A stretch of 63,773 nucleotides of DNA, filler included, from Stramenopiles sp. TOSAG23-3 (Eukaryota), in the NCBI GenBank assembly GCA_900128585.1. It is 14 parts of 14 records of this genome, joined end to end, with 100 filler letters (N's around TTAATTAATTAA, not from the genome) between each part and the next. Parts side by side here need not be neighbours in the genome. Positions count along the whole stretch, not along the records: positions 55,075 to 60,466 come from LT643540.1; positions 60,567 to 61,569 come from LT646736.1; positions 61,670 to 62,671 come from LT646737.1; positions 62,772 to 63,773 come from LT646738.1; 10 more parts are not named here. One strand, 5' to 3'. The notes beneath the pieces were generated by a model. The model searched no databases and was not told where the DNA came from. It saw only the letters and a program-made list of their open reading frames with translations. The position numbers and the translations under genes were made by a program. Below are positions 56,167 to 63,773 of the stretch, piece after piece (position 1 is the first letter of the stretch; each line of letters opens with the position of its first letter).

Positions 56167-56432
56167 ACGCATGAGTGTTGTTGTTGTTGTGTACGATGTC
56201 GGAGGAAAGCTTGGAAGAAACGTACGTTTGTGTGTTTAAACTATCTAATCTAAAAACAAAATATATAGTATGTTTTAAGACTAATCTAATAGTCCCAAAA
56301 TAAACATAATATAAGTGTAGGAATATCCAGTACGCTACCAAACCAAACAGCAGCCTAGCTGCTGACGAATGCAACGCTCGTTTCCAGACTGAAGAAGGCA
56401 CGTCGCCCGCACACTCCACAAACGCTGTTTGC

Positions 56433-58254
56433 TCAAATGGGAATCCTGCTTTTATGAAGGCCGTACCGTGATATTTTCGAGTACTTTGCCAGGTCGTTCG
56501 ATTTCTGCAGAAAAAGAAAGTGAGGGAACTGTTAGTACGTTGGGCGCAAGAGGAAAGAGCTTTTCGATACCGTACCGCATACGCCTGCAACCACCAGTCA
56601 CGGTGCTGCGCAGTACAAGCCGAGGGGGAACGGGAAAATAACACACACACACAGAGAAAAAACGGAGAAACCCAATACGGATTCAACAAATCAGCCAGAG
56701 GTCAGTGGAAGGAACAGGTACATGACAACTTACTGCTGTAGGAGAATAGATCCCTCCATGGTCCATACGTTGAAAACCAGCGGCTTGAAGCTTCAAGCTG
56801 CTATCAATTAAAAGCCACAAGCCCAACAGCGTCTTCAAGGCCACGACGCAACAGAAGAGCAGCCCGAGTATTAAGACCGTCTGCGCCGTCGAGTACGTCC
56901 ACGTCCGATCGCTCACGTGCAGATAAATTATACGCAAAGAAACGCAGGCCAAGGGAATGTTCGGTAGCCCCAACCGCCTGGAAAGCAAGTGCGTGTGGTC
57001 TAGGACTTTCCGCTGCGACCGTGTACGGGAGGATGTCAAGTCGTGCCGCAAGACTGCCTCAAAGTGCGCGTAGACGTCCAGGGACATCCGGTTGAACTTG
57101 GAAATAAAAGCGTGCTTGACCCAGTCTACGCCGACTTCGCAGCAAAAAATGACCGACGCGGAGTACACAAAGTTGCCAAAGTCGTAGTCCCGTCGAAGGC
57201 CTTCCGTTCCTATCAGTATCAGAAAAAGGACAATGTTGAACCGCTCCACAATATCCGCGCAGGCTATTTGAAAGAGGTTCTCCGCCTGAAACCGTTTGAA
57301 CACGCTCGATTTTAGTTCTATAAAGTTGTTCGAGATGAGGAGCGTCAACAAGGCATTGTCTTTCGTGTTGATTGCAACGTTCAGGGCAACCATGCGGGCA
57401 AAGGTGAGCGCACCGTGGACCATGGCGTACAGCAGACCTGCGATGGACATTGCAAAAATTTTGCACTTGCGGTCCCACGGACGATTCTGCGTCGCCCAGT
57501 GCAACGAATCAAAAATATCCTGCCCCAAGGCAGTCAGGAGCTTGTCAAATATGTCCAGCAAATTGAAAATGACGTACAGCCGCATGAAGGAAAGCATTTT
57601 TATGTAATGGTACGCTCGAGACATGTCGAGGTAGCCGATCGACCACGCGGCAATGATGAGCGTAATGGTCCTCAAAAGTATATACACATGTTGGCGAGCA
57701 AACATGCCCTGAAGGTTCGGGAACAGGTGTTTCACTGGGTATGTCAAAATCTTGCTAGCCAACAGCAAGAACGCCCAGAGCGCCCGCAACGGCAGGTACG
57801 TGAACACGTACAAGAAAGAGTCCGTGGCAAGGATAAGCCCATAAAGCATTAAGCTCTCTACTTTCAGCGGAATCTTCACCATAGACAATACCAGCTGCTG
57901 CTCTTCCCACCCCAGCGCCGCCTCAGTGTCATGAACGAAGTCCCTGTCCATAGTGCCAGTCATCTCCAGCCGCAGGTAGTCCAAGAAGGACACTTTGTTG
58001 GAACTTGCGTCGGCGACCTTGACCTTTCTCGGCGGGGTCGCGGCCGTAGTATCGACTTTTGGGTAGTCTTTTCCTCCTTTCAAATTCCCAGACAACGCGC
58101 GCCGACGATAAAGGGTGGAGTCGGCAGCATTGCTTTGAAACGATTTCTCCCGGACCTCACAGTTTTCATTCCCCGAGCCTTTCATTCTCTGCTCCAACAA
58201 GGCCAACCTTTGCGCCAGTAAACTAATTTCATCCCGTAAGCTGCCGTCCGCCAT
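56433..58254 (-). CDS. TAPT1: TAPT1/Emp65 (DUF747) membrane protein; exons 58254-56734, 56605-56576, 56504-56433
   Basis: LNVAIN...LLISNNFIELKSSVFKRF, DIVERF, VDWVKHAFI.KFN. GT-AG introns restore a family-like tail KISRYGLHKSRIPI. Confidence 0.9.
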
Positions 58255-58721
58255 TGATATACAAAACTTTGCCTCCTTTTGATGACCGTCGTCGGCGCAA
58301 GCAAACAGACACGAGCAGGAAAATTGAAATGCAATCCTATGGGATTGGGCTTTTGTTTGTTCAGTACAGGAATAATATCAAGGCCGTTTATATCTGTTTT
58401 CTTAAAAGTACAACACCAACCATTATTCGATTGTGTGGAAAATATTCACTTTTGAATGTATTTATCACAGAAGAATCAGAATAATAATTTTAATAAAAAA
58501 TAACAACAACTAGTCTAAAAAGTTTTTTAGTATTTTTTAGGGTTTAGCCGACACAGCACGGGATTTATTCAACTTCTATGCTGTGATTATATATTTATTA
58601 GAAATAGAAGGCGGCGAGCGTTGAAGTTGATAGAAAATAAATAATTGGTGAAAAAACATTTTTTTAATTTAAAATAATAATAGAATAGACGACCTGCATG
58701 CACCTTTGCACCTCAAGTTTA

Positions 58722-60466
58722 TTACTTAACATCCTCCATGACCGTTTCCAACTTTTTTGGCTGAGGGCGTCTTTTCCGTCTCAACCACTCACTAACGTGA
58801 CGGTTTATGACCAAGCTGGCCGACGCCCTTTGCCTTATTTGCTTGAATTCCTTCCGGTCCCTCAGACCACGGGCTGCCGCCTGCAGCGCGGTGGCTGCCT
58901 TTTTCTTCTGGACAAATTCTCTGCGTGTTAGGGTAGTGCGCCGCCGGGACGCAAGTTTTCTAGCAGCGGTACGGGTGTTTTTAAAGTTCTTCTGAATCAG
59001 CCAACGCTTGATATTCTTCTGAATCTTGACTACCTCGTCCTGTAACATAGAGAGTTCCTCCTCGTTCATAGCAGACACGATGGTCTCGAGCTGCCCCTCC
59101 GTCTCAGAAATGACCGATGCGATGTCGGCCTCGGAGAGAACAGAGCTCATATCGTCGTAGTCCTCTTCGCTCTCAGAGTAGCCCGAATTCGACAGGTCGA
59201 AAGAGGACGAGCGCACCCCTAGTTTCAAGGCGCACTTGTCGTGCAAACTTAAATTTTGCAGGGCACCAAGCAGCATGGCACGATCGTCCCTACCGGTGGC
59301 GGCCGACGACGGGGACGAGGCCGACGATGGACTGCTGTTTTGACTGTCGCTGGCGCCCGTGCGTTGGATCGGCGTGGCGTTCACGGCCAGCCCAGTTTCC
59401 ACCCAATTCTCAACAAAAAAGGACAGTTCTTCACTTTTCTCCACGCTTAGAAAAGAACGGGCTAGCACCTCGTAGTCGTTTGCCAGGGCCACGTCAAATG
59501 CCGTACGCCCGTAATTGTCCCGGGTCGACACCAGGGCGCCAGCCTTCAGAAGGTACTCCACACAGTCCGCGTAGCCCCGTGAAGCAGCCAGGTGTAGGGG
59601 GGAGAGACCCTCCGTCGTCGCTTTGTTCGCGGCGTGCTGCACAGACTTTTGACCTTCCTCCCCGCGGGACATGACGTCAAGGACAGTTGGGATTTTGGAT
59701 GGGTAGTACAGGCAAAGCAAATGGATCAGGTTGAACCCGTTCTCGTCCAGGTGGGTGAGCTCGTTGCGCAGATCTTCCCCGCCCCTTTCCATCACAAAAT
59801 CGGAAAGGTTCGTGACCATCTGAGATATCATCTTTTCAGACAGCTCATGCAACTCTTCATCGCCGACTTGTTCGAGCTCCACATCGTCGATGTCCAGCGA
59901 GGTAATGTCGTCGCCAAGACGGCCGCCTGTGGCCCGGTCAATCTTGTTTATTTTCTCCACGAAACGAATCTTCGCGGTCCTCCCTTCCAACTTTTCGACA
60001 GGAACTGCCAAGGGGCCGCCACCGCCTTCGCCGCTGAGCGACCGCTTGACCCCAAGTTTCTTCGATGGCCTCCTGACCCCACTGTCGTTTCCTGGTACAT
60101 GTACAATAGCCACGCTGAACGAATCCGCGCAAATGCGTTTGGACTCCCCACAGACCATTTGAAGTTCAAAATGGTTCACGTGGCCCCCAACCTGCAAATC
60201 GACAGGGAACTCTATTTTGTAAGAATCTGTAGAGAGGGGGATACACCGCAAGAATCGATTTCCATGCGCGTACTCCCCCAGGTTGTTTATCCTCACGTAC
60301 ATATCCTCACTGCAGCCGGAGGGAAACAGCTCCGGTACACCGCCGCCGACCATGTTTCTGTTGCGCAGAACAACGATAACTTTTTTACTGTACAAGTGCG
60401 CCGCCGAGGGTTTCCCCCGATGCTGTCTCTCCCAAACAAGGGCGCTGGGGGCGAAGTCAACAATGT
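58722..60466 (-). CDS. CAMTA-like protein (TIG, ankyrin, IQ), 5' partial
   Basis: Frame open to the edge (IVDFAP); SPLHLAASRG ankyrin; IQKNIKRW and LQAAARG IQ motifs. Confidence 0.75.
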
Positions 60467-60567
60467 NNNNNNNNNNNNNNNNNNNNNNNNNNNNNNNNNN
60501 NNNNNNNNNNTTAATTAATTAANNNNNNNNNNNNNNNNNNNNNNNNNNNNNNNNNNNNNNNNNNNNA

Positions 60568-61140
60568 AGCACGAAGGCTGTCCAAAACTTTCTTATTAAG
60601 CGAGGGAAATTGCTGACGCTTTTGGACTTGAGCAATTGCATCTTTGTCGACTCTGTGCTGGTTGCTGATATATGTAAATATGCTCCTTCTCTACGCCATT
60701 TGAATCTATCGAACTGTGGAGGAGGGGCAGATGCAAGCGCAACAGGGCTAGATGATTTGTCTTGTCACCACCTAGCAGCGAACAAGCATTCAAGTTTGAC
60801 GCATTTGCAAATAGGGGAGAACGGGAGAATCACAGATGCAGGAGTTATCGAGTTGCTAAGTAGTATTGGAAGAAATCTGATTGAATTGAATTTACAACGC
60901 TTGCCCAATCTGACAAGTTCGTCGTTCATTGCCATTAGTCAACAATGCAGGGAACTGTTGGAAACATTGTACGTCTCTGACTGCGTTGGGTTGGAGGACC
61001 CGATGTTGCACACTATTTCGCAATCGTTAGAGAAATTAAAACTTCTCGACATCCGCCATTGTAGAAATCTTACCAGGGGCGGTATCAAATCTCTTGTATT
61101 TCACAATAACCTCACGACTCTACCGGATATATTAGTTTGA
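60568..61140 (+). CDS. Cysteine-containing LRR (F-box/LRR-like) protein, C-terminal fragment
   Basis: LDLSNC, LNLSNC, ITDAGV, LDIRHC. Confidence 0.85.
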   Translation, partial: STKAVQNFLIKRGKLLTLLDLSNCIFVDSVLVADICKYAPSLRHLNLSNCGGGADASATGLDDLSCHHLAANKHSSLTHLQIGENGRITDAGVIELLSSIGRNLIELNLQRLPNLTSSSFIAISQQCRELLETLYVSDCVGLEDPMLHTISQSLEKLKLLDIRHCRNLTRGGIKSLVFHNNLTTLPDILV

Positions 61141-61669
61141 ATTATTTTTTTTGAAACAGCAGTTTTTTTTGGTCGTTATTATTATTTTGCTGTGATCCTT
61201 TATTACAGGTAGTACGTAATCAGTATAATACCGGTAATTTATTAAATCATCACAACAACAACAACCAAAAAAAAACAAAACCGTTTTTTTTTTTTATTAT
61301 TATTAATTTTATTTTAATATAACATTCTATGCTATTTCCATATACCGGTACTGAATAATCGGCGATGAAGATGATGATGAAGAACAAGAATGAATACCCA
61401 ATTCTGAAATTGAAATTACATTTTATTATTATCGTACCCTGTGTACCTGTTTACCTGTGTACCATATATTAAAAAATTTTTATACAAAAAAATATATTTA
61501 TATTTTCGCTTTTAGAAGTAAAATGCTAGTAATTGAGCGGATGTAAACAAACAATTTTTTTTTGTGCATNNNNNNNNNNNNNNNNNNNNNNNNNNNNNNN
61601 NNNNNNNNNNNNNTTAATTAATTAANNNNNNNNNNNNNNNNNNNNNNNNNNNNNNNNNNNNNNNNNNNN

Positions 61670-62384
61670 CCCCCCCCGCCGCTACGGCACGGTTCACCAG
61701 CGGGCCAGATACGTACCCAATTTGCACGACATTGCCACGAATACCTTTCTTCGCATATTCTACACCAATACGTTTCGTAAATACTGCCGCAGCGGCTTTT
61801 CCCGCTGCATAAGAATGGCGCTGTTTTCCAACGCCCAAGCCAACAGACCCAGCGATTGTGGTAAAGTGAATGATGTTCCCAGACCCCCGTTCTTCAAAAT
61901 GTGGTAGAAACTGGTGGACCAGCTGGAAGTGGGCGTGCAAGTTGATATCAATAGCCATCTTCCAGTAGTCTTCCGTCATCTTGCCAAAACCATTTGGCAT
62001 TGCATTGTGTACACCGGCATTGATGAGCCCGTCAACATGGCCGAATTCTGCAATTGTGCGGTCCAATACACCCTTCGCCTCGTCTGAGTTACAGACGTCT
62101 GCGGTATGTGCGATACCAGTGTGACCTTCTTTCGTAATTACGTCTGTAATGGTCTCTGCATTGACTGCTGCGTTTGAAACTGACACAACTTTAGCCCCCA
62201 GTCGTGCCAGCACAAGGGAGGTCGTCGCACCTATCCCATGCTCTTCGTCTGGCGGATTGCCTGCTCCAGCGACGACGATAACTTTCCCTTTCAAGTCAGA
62301 AAGCAAGTTAGTGGACATGGCACGTTTTGCAACCTGTCCACCCTTGCCTGTTCTGGAAACTGCTCGAGTAAGTGTCGAAAACAT
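61670..62384 (-). CDS. Short-chain dehydrogenase/reductase with a likely mitochondrial presequence (3' partial)
   Basis: VVAGAG...GIG, LINAG, YAAGK (YxxxK), GIRGN. Confidence 0.92.
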
Positions 62385-62771
62385 TATTGCTTAGCAGTGT
62401 GGTATAAAGTAAAATGCGTGCGTATATGGCTATAAACTACTGTTCGTTTGTTATAAGCCTCGTCCTGTTTCTCTAGAGATACCTACAAACTCTTTTTAAA
62501 TTAGTCTACATCAAATGAAGGATGTGCGTAATGAAAGTGTGTGTACGTGAAATTTAGATCGAACACTTCTTTCTCTTCTTCTTCTTCTATTATTATCTTC
62601 TTTTCTTCTTCTTCTTCTCTATCATCATCACCATATCATCTTTTTTTTTTTTAATTATTATTTTTATAATANNNNNNNNNNNNNNNNNNNNNNNNNNNNN
62701 NNNNNNNNNNNNNNNTTAATTAATTAANNNNNNNNNNNNNNNNNNNNNNNNNNNNNNNNNNNNNNNNNNNN

Positions 62772-63717
62772 GCATGACAAGGGCAAACGTGGGCAGCAGC
62801 TCCCACAAAATCAAGAGAACGAAGGTGGCCACGTCTACGGCCTGGGGCAACGTCTTCCACTGCTCACGCCTTGATCCGACCGGGTCCCGCATCGCGTGGC
62901 CGCCCCACGCCAGGAGCAGGCCGTAGACGCACCTAGTGAGGAATACGATGAACACGAGAAAGGTCAGGCCGACCATGACGGTGGTCGATGCAAACGGGTG
63001 GTACAGCCGCATCCGACGCGTCAGTCGAATCTTGAACACCTTGTAGCCGTAGTAAGAAATGAAGATCATCAAAATGCCAAACGTGACGCCGCTAAATATC
63101 GAGTAGTAGTCCGCGATGATCGTTTCCTTGTTCGGCTTGTCCTTGTAGACGACCTGGAACAGCCAGAGCCACACGAGCAGGGCCGAGGCGACTAACAGAT
63201 TCGCCGCAATGTACAGCGTCCACACCGTGCACTTCAGACGGTCCCACTCCCGCACGTGGACAATCTTCAAGTAGTATACGACCAGGTCGGCGAACATCGC
63301 AAACTGCAGCAAGTTCGGCAGCCAGTAGCACAGAAGCTGGACCCACTCGTGCCACGCGAACGTGTTGCTAAACCAAAAGAGCAGCCGGAGGGTGGACCAC
63401 AGGCAGCACAGCAGCAGGAACCCGCCCTGGAAAGACACGACGTTGTGACGGTAGACAATAATTCGTGCCAACTGGACCACGACTAAAAGGCAAAGGGAGC
63501 TGTACAGGATGGTCAGGACAACCCACAAAACGTGCTCCGTAACCCCGCCAACGATCAAATGGTTGTGGTTGTGGACTTCGGGGCCTGGAGAACTCTCTAA
63601 TGACACTGGACTAGTATACGGCATGTTTTCAAGCGGCTGAAACGGGTTGTTTATCAAGCGGTAACCGCCCGCCACCGACGGTTGCCCACCAGCGTCCTGG
63701 TGAAGGAGTAAAGGCAT
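62772..63717 (-). CDS. GPR137 / TOM1-THH1-like 7TM protein (3' partial)
   Basis: QLARI, SFQGGFLLLCCLWSTLR, LP.LLQFAMF, LWELLPT. Confidence 0.85.
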
Positions 63718-63773
63718 GGGGCGAAGGAAACAGTACACACGAACAACAGCGAATTTCCGATTCGGTTTACTAA

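Noticed and set aside
5422-62771. Regularly spaced TTAATTAATTAA within N runs
   Set aside because: Artificial concatenation linker; ORFs ending in X…LIN and any cross-contig gene clusters are artefacts.

Overview
This window is not contiguous DNA. It is 14 short eukaryotic contigs (eleven of about 5.4 kb, three of about 1 kb) joined by 100-nt N-linkers carrying TTAATTAATTAA, so gene neighbourhoods only mean something within a contig. The genes are intron-poor and GC-richer than the AT-rich, microsatellite-laden intergenic DNA, which suggests a protist assembly (a marine heterotrophic stramenopile is my guess; inference only). Contig 1 is a divergent DIRS-type tyrosine-recombinase retrotransposon. 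The others carry mostly ordinary genes, such as PTEN, QCR7, ORC6, an alkaline ceramidase, LPAAT, GH13, GT10, TAPT1 and a CAMTA-like gene. Best leads: (1) a candidate new selenoprotein, a glutaredoxin-like plus membrane protein with an in-frame TGA at 32424, a 44-codon protein-like continuation and a SECIS-like 3' hairpin; (2) a cytosolic RPS29/uS14 missed by the ORF track that has lost all four zinc-binding cysteines, followed by two branched RNA-like folds; (3) a His-brace LPMO-like protein with Trp at the apparent axial position; (4) the DIRS element's TMDD reverse transcriptase, 2.2-kb dual-frame coding and split gag; (5) a palindromic foldback/MITE-like element. All calls come from reading motifs by eye; no searches were run.
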